Shown here piece after piece: positions 17,652-25,671 of a stretch of DNA of 64,000 bases; position 1 is the first letter of the stretch, and every line of letters begins with the position of its first letter. This DNA comes from Vicinamibacterales bacterium (GTDB lineage: Bacteria; Acidobacteriota; Vicinamibacteria; Vicinamibacterales; UBA2999), in contig JBFWZN010000004.1 of assembly GCA_050185275.1 (NCBI GenBank), positions 320,919-384,918 on the forward strand. The letters are read 5' to 3'. The position numbers were made by a program, and so were the translations under genes. A model generated the notes under the pieces. It saw nothing but the letters and a program-made list of their open reading frames with translations, had not been told where the DNA came from and did not search any database.

Positions 17652-17879
17652 CTACGCAGGGAGGGGCAGGATCCGCTCTTGCGCTAGGTCGGCTGCATAC
17701 GCCAACGCCGCCTGAATGCCCTCCGCCGTCAGCGAGGGATAGCTCCGGATGAGCTCGTCGGCCGACAGCCCTTCCGCCAGATTCGCCAGGACCACAGCCA
17801 CAGGAATCCGCGTTCCGCGAATGCAGGCCTTGCCATGCAGCACAGCGGGGTCGACCGTGATGTGTTCGCGCCACTCCAT
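17652..17879 (-). CDS. DUF433-family putative antitoxin (cassette 14, gene 1)
   Basis: ITVDPAVLHGKACIRGTRIPVAVVLANLAEG is the DUF433 signature as recalled. Confidence 0.75.
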   Translation of the reverse strand: MEWREHITVDPAVLHGKACIRGTRIPVAVVLANLAEGLSADELIRSYPSLTAEGIQAALAYAADLAQERILPLPA

Positions 17880-17920
17880 GAACGTTTCCCGCTCGAAGGA
17901 TACCCGGAAGCCGTTCAGCT

Positions 17921-17992
17921 GTCTAACGACGCCACATCCGCCGCGCGCCGAAACGCATAACGCGGCGCGTCGGCTGCATTTGGTGGTTAGCC
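17921..17992 (-). repeat. attC (site 13)
   Basis: Minus R'' GGCTAAC ... R' GTTAGAC; 72 bp; plus-strand 3' arm cgcggcgcgtcggctgcatttggtgg (subfamily B). Confidence 0.85.
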
Positions 17993-18018
17993 AGACAGTC
18001 CCTCAGGTGCCGGCTGGC

Positions 18019-18633
18019 CTACGCCGGCGTGGACTGCGGCGGTCGAAGCATCGCCCAAGCCGGCGGTCCCCCTTTGCCGAGAGTCGCCTCCTCAAGGACG
18101 GCGAAGCCAAAGCGTTCGTAGAACGCCAGATTGCGAGGTTCGCTCGTCTCGAGATAGCACGGTAGTGACTCGCGATCGGCCAGGGCGAGCCCCTCGCGAA
18201 TGATTGCCGATCCGATACCCTGGCCGTGCAGTTCGGGATCGACGGCAACACCAAAGAGATACCAATGAGGCCCAGGAACCCGAGCCTTGTGGATCTTGTC
18301 CATCGCTTCGTTGGCCGCCACGAACCGGACGAAAGGCCCTAGCCCCGTGCGCAGCGGCACGCCGAGCATGCCAGCGCGAACCATCCCTGGAATCGTGATC
18401 CCCGGGCCTGGAGGGATCCAGACACATGCGGCCCTCGCGTCATGGGACGCTGCGATCCTTCCGTACCGCATGCCGTATTCGGCGAGAACGCGCATGAGTG
18501 CACGCGCCCCGGCAAGCCGCCCTGCCGCGTCTGGAAACACCCACGTGATCATCGGATCGGGCAAGAACGCACGCGCGAATGTCATGACCGCACGATCCAG
18601 CGAACCGCGGTCAAGCGGCTTGATGTCGGACAT
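18019..18633 (-). CDS. GNAT-family N-acetyltransferase (cassette 13)
   Basis: Block HGQGIGSAIIREGLALAD and C-terminal NLAFYERFGF. Confidence 0.8.
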   Translation of the reverse strand: MSDIKPLDRGSLDRAVMTFARAFLPDPMITWVFPDAAGRLAGARALMRVLAEYGMRYGRIAASHDARAACVWIPPGPGITIPGMVRAGMLGVPLRTGLGPFVRFVAANEAMDKIHKARVPGPHWYLFGVAVDPELHGQGIGSAIIREGLALADRESLPCYLETSEPRNLAFYERFGFAVLEEATLGKGGPPAWAMLRPPQSTPA

Positions 18634-18669
18634 CGAACGGCGCTCCCTTGGACACGTCGACTGTGGTCT

Positions 18670-18753
18670 GGCTAACGCGCAAAATGAGCCCCGCGCGTCG
18701 CGGCCATGATGGCCCAGACACGCGAGCGGGACGGCTCCATGTGGATGTTAGCC
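18670..18753 (-). repeat. attC (site 12)
   Basis: Minus R'' GGCTAAC (TAA stop of ORF 18748.. inside) ... R' GTTAGCC; 84 bp. Confidence 0.8.
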
Positions 18754-19260
18754 GCCGAGTCGTTTGCGAAGTCGAACTTCGAACAGTTCAGATCCGCCCA
18801 GTGTAATCGCCTTTGCGCTGCCGGGCTCGATGGCCAAGCCGATCGACTCGTAGAACGCGATAGCCTGCGCGTTGCTCTTCAACACCCACAGCGTGATCTC
18901 CGAAAGACCGGACGCATTCAAGTGTCTCTCCGCTTCGCGCCAGAGCCGTCGTCCTACGCCTCGGCGCCAGTGTGGAGGGTCCACGTGAACGGCCCAGACC
19001 TCCACGGTTGTCGGCAGGGCGTCCGAATCACGGCTCCGTGCGGCGCTGATCCCACCAAGCACCTGGCTCTCTTCCTCGACCACACAGGTCTCCGAAGCCC
19101 TTTGTTCAAGGTTCTGTCGCCAGAAGCTCTCCCGTTGCTCAACGGACAGCGAGTCCAGGACTGCCGACGAAACGATGCCCTGGTAGGCCACCTGCCACGA
19201 TTGGACGTGAATAGCAGCAATCGCCCGGGCATCTTCCAGTCTTGCTTGCCTAACACCCAT
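18748..19260 (-). CDS. GNAT-family N-acetyltransferase (cassette 12)
   Basis: MGVRQARLEDARAIAAIHVQSW..., block WRRGVGRRLWREAERHL, AIAFYESIGL. Confidence 0.85.
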   Translation of the reverse strand: MGVRQARLEDARAIAAIHVQSWQVAYQGIVSSAVLDSLSVEQRESFWRQNLEQRASETCVVEEESQVLGGISAARSRDSDALPTTVEVWAVHVDPPHWRRGVGRRLWREAERHLNASGLSEITLWVLKSNAQAIAFYESIGLAIEPGSAKAITLGGSELFEVRLRKRLGG

Positions 19261-19274
19261 GTGACTCGAGGTGC

Positions 19275-19346
19275 GGCTACCGCTGCGTTTCAGCCGCGGC
19301 GTCTCATAACCGCCAGACCCCCGACGGCTGCAAACGCCCGTTCAGT
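19275..19346 (-). repeat. attC (site 11), both core heptamers off-consensus
   Basis: Minus R'' ACTGAAC ... R' GGTAGCC; arms gcgtttcagccgcggcg / cgacggctgcaaacgc are typical of subfamily A. Confidence 0.6.
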
Positions 19347-19353
19347 TGCGTAA

Positions 19354-19827
19354 TCATGTGGACCACGCGAAGGGGCGAAACACCTCGATGAAGCACAACA
19401 CGAAGCCAACCGCCGCAACGACAAGGTGCAAGGAGATCCACCCCCAGTTGAGCCGCCACTCGTATAACCTCGGGAACTCTGCCTTCGCGATCTTGTGTGC
19501 TTCCTCGCGGAGAACCTGAGCGCGACCGTTCAGAACGCCCGAATCAAGCTCCTTGCGGATGAGGCTGGCTCTGCGCATGTGATCCTTGAAACGTTCGTAG
19601 TGCTTAGCACTCAGAACTGCTCCAAAAAGTCCAAACAGCGTCAAAGCTACAGTGTAGGGAAGGTCGCGGACATCCACGGACTTGTCTGCGAGCGCCAGAT
19701 TCGCAAGAGCCGCGGTACTGGCAATCACGAAAGCCGTCATCACACTACGTTGGGTCTCGTGATGCCGGCCATGCACACAATTCTCGTTGTAGAGAGCGAG
19801 CCACACTTGGGCTTCTTCGCTTTTCAT
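19354..19827 (-). CDS. Small membrane protein, unknown function (cassette 11)
   Basis: Trimmed to ATG 19827; three hydrophobic segments (AFVIASTAALANLALA, YTVALTLFGLFGAVL, WISLHLVVAAVGFVLCFI). Confidence 0.55.
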   Translation of the reverse strand: MKSEEAQVWLALYNENCVHGRHHETQRSVMTAFVIASTAALANLALADKSVDVRDLPYTVALTLFGLFGAVLSAKHYERFKDHMRRASLIRKELDSGVLNGRAQVLREEAHKIAKAEFPRLYEWRLNWGWISLHLVVAAVGFVLCFIEVFRPFAWST

Positions 19828-19879
19828 GATCGCCTCGGCCAACCAATCGCTGCCTTCGACTCCAGCCCGTCCCTTCTCC

Positions 19880-19939
19880 GCCGAACGGGCCGGTTCAGCG
19901 GCGGCGTCTCGTGCCGTCCGCTGCAACCGGTGGTTATGC
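19880..19939 (-). repeat. attC (site 10), 60 bp
   Basis: Minus R'' GCATAAC ... R' GTTCGGC; arms ccggttcagcggcggc / gccgtccgctgcaaccgg. Confidence 0.7.
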
Positions 19940-20030
19940 GTCTTCGTCGCTCTCCTTCTTCAACCTCCGCCTGGCAGGTTTGTTCTCAACGTCGAGCATG
20001 CCAAGGGCGCACTCCACAAGGACACCGCCC

Positions 20031-20104
20031 AACTAACGACCGCGGTTTAGCCGCGGTGCGCTCAGCATGCACCGGTGCGCCGTCGGCTGCAATCGCTGTT
20101 AGAT
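20031..20104 (-). repeat. attC (site 9)
   Basis: Minus R'' ATCTAAC (TAA stop of ORF 20099.. inside) ... R' GTTAGTT; 74 bp; arms gcggtttagccgcggtgcg / gcgccgtcggctgcaatcgc. Confidence 0.8.
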
Positions 20105-21037
20105 GGCCATTCTCGCTTGGTTTGTGATGCCGAACGGGACGTGCACGGATGGCACGGTTCCGGCCGCGGGGTCGATGTGGCCGATCTGATCGTCAAAGAA
20201 GATGTGAGGCTTGAACTCAGAGAGAATCCTTGTCTTGTCCATACCGCCGAGGAAGAAGGTTTCGTCCACCTCGATGCCCCATGCGCGTAACGTGGTCACC
20301 AGACGTTTATGGGCCGGCGCGTTTCGTGACGTGATGATCGCTGTTCTGATTACCGGGGTATAGCCGTTGTCTTGTTGAGCGCGCGCCAGTTCTCGCTGGT
20401 GTATCTTGCCGATCTCTTCGACCAAGGGCTTCAGAGGCCCTGGGTTATGCGGCTCAAGTGCCTTGAGCGCTTCTGACTGATGAAACCCGCTGAGACCCTC
20501 TATCTGGAAGACGCGTTCCGCTTCGTCGTCGATGATAACGCCGTCGAAGTCGAACGCAACGCGTAACTCACGGTCGTTCGGATCGTCGACGTAGTTCGAC
20601 GCGAGAACACGCCCTGCAGGCAAACCCGCCATCACCGCCTCCTTGACATTGGCCTCATCTGCCGACAGAAACAGACAGGCGTTAAATGACTTCACGTACC
20701 GAAAGGGGTCACGGCCTCGCACAAACGCCGCACGGCTAATTGGCAGGGTATAGTGCTCGATCGAGTTCATGACACGAAGCCCCGTGTCGGGATCGTTCCG
20801 AGAGAGGAGCACGACCTCAACGGGCTCGTCGCTGCGCTCTGGGTCGTTCAGGCTCAACAGCCGCTTGATGAACGGAAATGCGACACCGGGCTGGAGAATC
20901 TCGGCATCACGCGCGCGCTGGTACTCCCGGTACGCTTCTTCACCCTTCGACAGGAAGACCTCGTGGGACTGGCTGAGGTCGAAGAGTGCACTTGATGCGA
21001 TGGCGACGACGCGTTTTTCATGAATCGGGTATGGCAT
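20099..21037 (-). CDS. 5'-nucleotidase, cN-IA-like bacterial family (PF06189-type) (cassette 9)
   Basis: Trimmed to ATG 21037; collinear blocks SRNDPDTGLRVMNSIEHY, ITSRNAPAHKRLVTTLRAWGIEVDETFFLGG, KPHIFFDDQ. Confidence 0.8.
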   Translation of the reverse strand: MPYPIHEKRVVAIASSALFDLSQSHEVFLSKGEEAYREYQRARDAEILQPGVAFPFIKRLLSLNDPERSDEPVEVVLLSRNDPDTGLRVMNSIEHYTLPISRAAFVRGRDPFRYVKSFNACLFLSADEANVKEAVMAGLPAGRVLASNYVDDPNDRELRVAFDFDGVIIDDEAERVFQIEGLSGFHQSEALKALEPHNPGPLKPLVEEIGKIHQRELARAQQDNGYTPVIRTAIITSRNAPAHKRLVTTLRAWGIEVDETFFLGGMDKTRILSEFKPHIFFDDQIGHIDPAAGTVPSVHVPFGITNQARMAI

Positions 21038-21057
21038 CGGCGCGCCAATACTAGTCC

Positions 21058-21130
21058 ACCTAACGCGCCGCTTCAGCCGCGGCGGCTCATGATCGCCCCG
21101 GCCGCTGTCGGCTGCAACCGGATGTTGGGC
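21058..21130 (-). repeat. attC (site 8)
   Basis: Minus R'' GCCCAAC ... R' GTTAGGT; 73 bp; arms ccgcttcagccgcggcgg / ccgctgtcggctgcaaccgg. Confidence 0.85.
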
Positions 21131-21177
21131 AGCCGCCACGATTCAGGCATATCCTGCCGCAGTTCCCGCCCTACGGG

Positions 21178-21699
21178 TCACTTGACGAAGAGCTCCATCG
21201 CCACGTCATCTAGGTATTGGCTTGGTCCGATCTTGATCCGATGCCGCCAACGCCCCATCTCCGTGAAACCCATCCTGAGGTAGAGCGCCTGCGCCGGTTC
21301 GTTCGACGATCGTACGTGAAGCTCGATCTTCTCGACGGTCTGGGCGGCCATTGCCCATTCGATCAATCGACTGAGCAGCTGTCGCCCGACACCCTGACGT
21401 TGCCAGCCTGGGTGAGTTACCAGGGTCACATGCACAACGTGGCGAGTGGCAGCGAGTGGCAGTGGATCGAGTACTCCGTGGCCGACGACTTTCCCCTGCG
21501 TCTCTGCGACGAGATAGCACCCGTTGTCGGCGCGACCGAGCGCCGCGATCTTCCGCGCAAATCCCTCGTCCGTCAGCTCCGCTGGCTGCGACACCAGAAA
21601 GCCAGGCTTCGCCGCAATCGTTCGTTCGGCTTGCGCCAGCACGGACGCGTCCTCGATGCGAGCCGGCCGGATCGAGATTCCTCTGTTCAACGGATTCAC
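21178..21699 (-). CDS. GNAT-family N-acetyltransferase (cassette 8)
   Basis: GTG start; block WQRQGVGRQLLSRLIEWA and ALYLRMGF. Confidence 0.85.
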   Translation of the reverse strand: MNPLNRGISIRPARIEDASVLAQAERTIAAKPGFLVSQPAELTDEGFARKIAALGRADNGCYLVAETQGKVVGHGVLDPLPLAATRHVVHVTLVTHPGWQRQGVGRQLLSRLIEWAMAAQTVEKIELHVRSSNEPAQALYLRMGFTEMGRWRHRIKIGPSQYLDDVAMELFVK

Positions 21700-21716
21700 G
21701 GTTTCACGACTTGTCT

Positions 21717-21788
21717 GCCCAACGTGCCGAATGGGCCGCGCGCCATCGTCGGCTCATGCGGCGCGTCGGCTCCATTTGGAGGTTAGGC
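21717..21788 (-). repeat. attC (site 7)
   Basis: Minus R'' GCCTAAC ... R' GTTGGGC; 72 bp; subfamily B 3' arm gcggcgcgtcggctccatttggagg. Confidence 0.85.
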
Positions 21789-21810
21789 AGCAACACACCC
21801 TGACACCCGC

Positions 21811-22536
21811 CTACACCTTGAGATGCGCGTGAAAGAAGGTTTCGATCCGTCGGCGCGCATCCGCGTTCGCCTGGGCGTCGTATGTCGTGTGTGACCACCG
21901 TGCCAGCGCGGTGAGGATCCACGGACCTTCGCCGCGACCGTGATCGTTCATGAAACCGTGACCGACGCCGGCGTACTCCTTCACGTCGTGCATGATGCCA
22001 TGTGATGTGAGCAGATCCTCAAGTCGCGCGGCGGTGCCCTTCAACGTGGGATCCTTTCCGCCGTAGCTCGCGACGATGGGGCACGCATCGGCGAGGCGCC
22101 GCCAACCGTCTTCGGTCGCCCCACCGTAATTCACAGCTGACGCCCCGTAGCCGTGCCCTGGCGCCAATGCCAGCGCCAACCCACCACCCAGACAGAATCC
22201 AATGACGCCCACGCGCCCCGTGCCCAGTTCGTGCGCCGCGAGCCACGCCTGCACAGCCGCGAGTTCGTCGAATGCAGGCCCACGAGTACCGCGCGCCAAG
22301 TCCCGCATTGTGCGGACGAGACACCGAAGGTGCCCGCCCCAATGGAACAGGTCCGGGGCGGCCGCTAGATAGCCGACGTCCGCGAGCCATCGGGCCTGAT
22401 TGCGCAAGTCCTCGGTCATGCCGAGTGCGTCGTGGACAACGACGACACCTGGCCACGGGCCATCATCGTCTGGTGTCGCCACAAAGGTGGGGATCTCGCC
22501 CCCGGAGCCGCCGGGAATCCTGGAGAGATGGTCCAT
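21811..22536 (-). CDS. Dienelactone hydrolase family protein (cassette 7)
   Basis: ATG 5 nt after core site; GFCLGGG nucleophile motif, C-terminal GVGHGF. Confidence 0.85.
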   Translation of the reverse strand: MDHLSRIPGGSGGEIPTFVATPDDDGPWPGVVVVHDALGMTEDLRNQARWLADVGYLAAAPDLFHWGGHLRCLVRTMRDLARGTRGPAFDELAAVQAWLAAHELGTGRVGVIGFCLGGGLALALAPGHGYGASAVNYGGATEDGWRRLADACPIVASYGGKDPTLKGTAARLEDLLTSHGIMHDVKEYAGVGHGFMNDHGRGEGPWILTALARWSHTTYDAQANADARRRIETFFHAHLKV

Positions 22537-22541
22537 TGTCT

Positions 22542-22630
22542 GCCTAACGCTGGCGGTTCAGCCGCGGCGGCTCTCTTTGGTTGGCTTGGTCACAACCTGC
22601 GCCGCCGTCGGCTGCAACCGCTGGTTAGCC
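22542..22630 (-). repeat. attC (site 6)
   Basis: Minus R'' GGCTAAC ... R' GTTAGGC; 89 bp; the 5' arm GGTT[G]CAGCCG[A]CGGCG has two extra bases relative to its partner, as in classical attC. Confidence 0.9.
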
Positions 22631-23304
22631 AGTCGGCCGCCAACTCGCATGTACGGGGCGAATCGACGGCGCGACTCCTCGAACTGCTCGGTAAACCACA
22701 GCATAGCGTCGGCCCACTCTCTCGACAGCTGCGCCCGATCAGAATCTGGGGCTTCTCGCATCGCATAGAGAGCATGAAGCTGTACGGCCCTCCGATAGAG
22801 TTCCCGCAGGTAGCCGGCCAGATGATCGTCGAACAGGAACAGAGCCTCGTCGGTCTGCCGAGCGAACTCGAAGATTTTATCAAGCTCCAGGCGTCTGCCG
22901 TTCACGGCCTCGCGAAGAAACGCCTGCGTTGCACGATAGGCCGGAATTCGTCGGTCGAAGAGCTCAAGAGAGATGACCGGTCCTCGCGTCGTTTGGCCAC
23001 CGCTATCGGACCAGGTCAACGACGTGGCCATGTGCTCGTAGAGCATTCCGCGGTAAGTCAAGAGTTCATCGACGGTATGTCCCTTGGTCTGCCGAGACTT
23101 GGCGTCGTATCTGGCGTGATGTTTGGTACAGAGCCACGCTGCATTCGCCTCATCCGCGTTCGTCGCATCGCGGTCCACGTGGGCGATCTGACCCTCTTTC
23201 TCTAGCGTATCGCCATCTAAGCCGTAGCAGAGCGCGCACCGTCGCCTGCTGGCGACCAACACCGCGGCTACAACTGCCCCAGAAAACGGCCTTCTATTCG
23301 CCAT
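22558..23304 (-). CDS. HNH-like nuclease-domain protein with uncharacterised C-terminal domain (cassette 6)
   Basis: N-terminus CALC...IAHVDRD...NAAWLCTKHHARYD fits a CxxC/H-N-H zinc-finger nuclease pattern; the ORF reads through R'' and stops inside the attC. Confidence 0.55.
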   Translation of the reverse strand: MANRRPFSGAVVAAVLVASRRRCALCYGLDGDTLEKEGQIAHVDRDATNADEANAAWLCTKHHARYDAKSRQTKGHTVDELLTYRGMLYEHMATSLTWSDSGGQTTRGPVISLELFDRRIPAYRATQAFLREAVNGRRLELDKIFEFARQTDEALFLFDDHLAGYLRELYRRAVQLHALYAMREAPDSDRAQLSREWADAMLWFTEQFEESRRRFAPYMRVGGRLANQRLQPTAAQVVTKPTKESRRG

Positions 23305-23325
23305 CGCGTGATGTGGTCTTGATCT

Positions 23326-23442
23326 GGCTAACGACGCGCCGCGCGACGCCGCGTGATGCGCGGCGCGAGCGCAGAATGAAATGGCGCGCTCGCGACGGCG
23401 CCGCGACGACGTGTCACGGTCCGCTGCAACCGCTGGTTATGC
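23326..23442 (-). repeat. attC (site 5), long (117 bp)
   Basis: Minus R'' GCATAAC ... R' GTTAGCC; GC-rich central palindrome. Confidence 0.8.
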
Positions 23443-23460
23443 GGCATTCGCGATGACCTC

Positions 23461-23916
23461 TCAACCTGACCTGGCACTCTGCGGAAGATAGTTAACCAAC
23501 TTCTCAGGGAACAGGCACTGGCTGCCCTTCACGAATTCGCTCACCGGACGCCACGCCACGTGGTTCGTGACGCCTCCGTCCACAAACGAAGACGTGATCG
23601 TGGGCTCGAGCCCACGCTCCAACAGTTCTGCTTCAAACGCGAAAACAACCTCGTGACCGCGCGCTCCCTCATGGCTATACAGGTTCTCGAGAACGCACAA
23701 CTGCTTGACGCAGCGGACATGCCTTCCGATCTCCTCGAGAACTTCACGCGCGACCGCTTCCTCGGCCGACTCGCCAAACTCGATTGCTCCCCCAAGCGGT
23801 CGCCATCCCTTCACGGCGCCAGCATCGTCTTTCACGGCCATCACGAGCACGTCCGTGCCCTGATAGATGAGCGCGACGGCAATCACTCTGATTCGCTGCG
23901 GAGGACGCCACTGCAT
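23461..23916 (-). CDS. NUDIX hydrolase (cassette 5)
   Basis: Complete Nudix box GAIEFGESAEEAVAREVLEEIG (Gx5Ex7REUxEExGU). Confidence 0.85.
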   Translation of the reverse strand: MQWRPPQRIRVIAVALIYQGTDVLVMAVKDDAGAVKGWRPLGGAIEFGESAEEAVAREVLEEIGRHVRCVKQLCVLENLYSHEGARGHEVVFAFEAELLERGLEPTITSSFVDGGVTNHVAWRPVSEFVKGSQCLFPEKLVNYLPQSARSG

Positions 23917-23986
23917 CAGATCTGAGACTCCATGCGGAATAGTGATTGTGGGCTCCTCACGAAGCTACGCCGACCCCAACCATGAC

Positions 23987-24055
23987 GCATAACGGTAGGC
24001 ATCACCAGCCGCGCGGGACGATCCCGTGCGCGGCCTGGTGCATGCCGCGTTAGGC
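23987..24055 (-). repeat. attC (site 4)
   Basis: Minus R'' GCCTAAC (TAA stop of ORF 24050.. inside) ... R' GTTATGC; arms ggcatcaccagccgcgc / gcgcggcctggtgcatgcc. Confidence 0.85.
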
Positions 24056-24958
24056 ATCTTCTTCGACGCCATCAACGACGGACACCCGCCCCCGCTTCAG
24101 CGCGGTATCAGCAGGGAAGTACTGCGCGTACAACTGCGCGATCCGCCAAGCAATCGAGTTCTTGTTGATCTCGAAGCCGCCTCCGGCAACAAGGATGGGC
24201 AACGGCAGCGAATAGCGCCCGCCGTCGCAGCTTACATACGGAATGCGTCGGAGCACCGTTGTTCCGTAACGTAGCTCGACTTCATAGCTGTGGGCCGACG
24301 GATCCGGAAAGACCGTGGTCCAGGATTCCCGAAACGATGGGTTCAAGGTGGCACCATGCACGACCGTGAACTCCGGAAAGTCCCTGTGATACAGATACGT
24401 CTCGCCACCGACCTTTACCCAGGCATCTGGGTTCTCCAGAAGGCGGTATGCGCGACGAAGCGGTGGCAGTCCGATGCCGAAGCGCTCCCGCCACGCCAGC
24501 TCGGTCGCGGCCTCGGACGCGCACTCTCGGAGAGGACAGTTGGTGTCCCCGATTCGGGTGTACACCACGCCAGCCCTGATGGTCTGGTCTCTATGGGTCT
24601 TGTCGGCTAGCAGGAAGAAGGGCTTATCTGGTCGATTCTCGATCGTGAGAACGTCAATCTCGTGACCATTCAAGGTGTGCGTTGAGATCGCGACTGTCGG
24701 AAGACGATTTAGCCGAGAGGAGCGCAGCAGGTCCTGAATCTCGGCGCCTCGACGGCGATTCTGATCCTCCTCGATGCCGATTATGTCACCGTTGTTGGCT
24801 ACGCCAAACACTAGGAAGCGCCGGCTCTCGGCCCATGCGTTGGTCAAGCACAGAATGTCATGCAGTAACGACAGCGTGTCCTCGTGGTGGACCCGCTTGA
24901 AGTCAAGCCACTCGCACTCGGTTGTTTCGACTAGGGCGTCGATGTCCATGTCCAGCAT
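24050..24958 (-). CDS. AlbA_2 / Schlafen-like putative DNA-binding protein (cassette 4)
   Basis: ATG immediately follows core site GTTAGGC; N-terminal ETTECEWLDFKR resembles the AlbA_2 (PF04326) E..LEFK motif; remainder unassigned. Confidence 0.6.
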   Translation of the reverse strand: MLDMDIDALVETTECEWLDFKRVHHEDTLSLLHDILCLTNAWAESRRFLVFGVANNGDIIGIEEDQNRRRGAEIQDLLRSSRLNRLPTVAISTHTLNGHEIDVLTIENRPDKPFFLLADKTHRDQTIRAGVVYTRIGDTNCPLRECASEAATELAWRERFGIGLPPLRRAYRLLENPDAWVKVGGETYLYHRDFPEFTVVHGATLNPSFRESWTTVFPDPSAHSYEVELRYGTTVLRRIPYVSCDGGRYSLPLPILVAGGGFEINKNSIAWRIAQLYAQYFPADTALKRGRVSVVDGVEEDA

Positions 24959-25030
24959 GCCTAACGACCCCAACTCAGCCGCGCATCGCCACGCGACTCG
25001 CGGCGCGTCGGATGCATTTGGAGGCTAGGC
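24959..25030 (-). repeat. attC (site 3), inverse core mutated
   Basis: Minus R'' GCCTAGC (AAC changed to AGC; provides the TAG stop of ORF 25025..) ... R' GTTAGGC; subfamily B arm. Confidence 0.75.
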
Positions 25031-25579
25031 ATCGGATTCTACCCGTTCGAGAATCAACTGGCTCACTTCATGCGGACGCCACTTGAAGTGATACTCGATT
25101 AGCTCTTCCTCGAGGCCGTCAATGGGCTGAGGCTGAGCCGTGGCCCTGGCAAACAGAGACAGTGTCTGTCGATGGTTAGCGATGGCCTCGCCAGCGGACT
25201 CGAACTCACACCAGCGACCGGGGTGCCACGTGCCGACGCTGCTCAGCACTTTGACGTAGATCGACATGGCGGGCGCGTGCCCGAGCCGCGCGAGCACCTC
25301 GCGCAGGCACACGCCCTCGACGACCACTAGCTCAGTGAGTTCGCCTAGACGCGCACCCAACTCAGGGTACCGGATCCGGTCAAGGTAGCCGCCCTGGTTC
25401 CTTTCCAGGAACTTGTCGACCTCGACATACTCGCACGATACCGCCTGGGCGAGGGCGCTTGCGAGGGTCGATTTCCCCGAGCCGTCCCAGCCGTCAACGG
25501 CGATCAGGCCATGCGGCTCGGTGTCGCGGACGAGCCGGACGACCGTGTCGAGGTCTCTCACGACCGTTGGCGTATTCAC
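25025..25579 (-). CDS. P-loop NTPase / small kinase-like protein (cassette 3)
   Basis: GTG start; Walker A VDGWDGSGKSTLASAL. Confidence 0.7.
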   Translation of the reverse strand: MNTPTVVRDLDTVVRLVRDTEPHGLIAVDGWDGSGKSTLASALAQAVSCEYVEVDKFLERNQGGYLDRIRYPELGARLGELTELVVVEGVCLREVLARLGHAPAMSIYVKVLSSVGTWHPGRWCEFESAGEAIANHRQTLSLFARATAQPQPIDGLEEELIEYHFKWRPHEVSQLILERVESDA

Positions 25580-25596
25580 TCGTGTGCGTTCCGTAT

Positions 25597-25671
25597 GCCT
25601 AACGACCGCAGTTCAGCCGCGGCGCGCTCAGGATGCCACCGCGCGCCGTCGGCTGCAACTGCTGGTTAGCC
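25597..25671 (-). repeat. attC (site 2)
   Basis: Minus R'' GGCTAAC (TAA stop inside) ... R' GTTAGGC; 75 bp; arms gcagttcagccgcggcgcg / cgcgccgtcggctgcaactgc. Confidence 0.9.

Noticed and set aside
19248-19254. A perfect GTTAGGC/GCCTAAC heptamer just inside the 5' end of the GNAT ORF 18748..19260, first taken as the boundary of attC 11.
   Set aside because: The paired arms typical of this attC family lie at 19275..19346. The heptamer falls 3' of the ATG and may be chance or a relic of an older junction.
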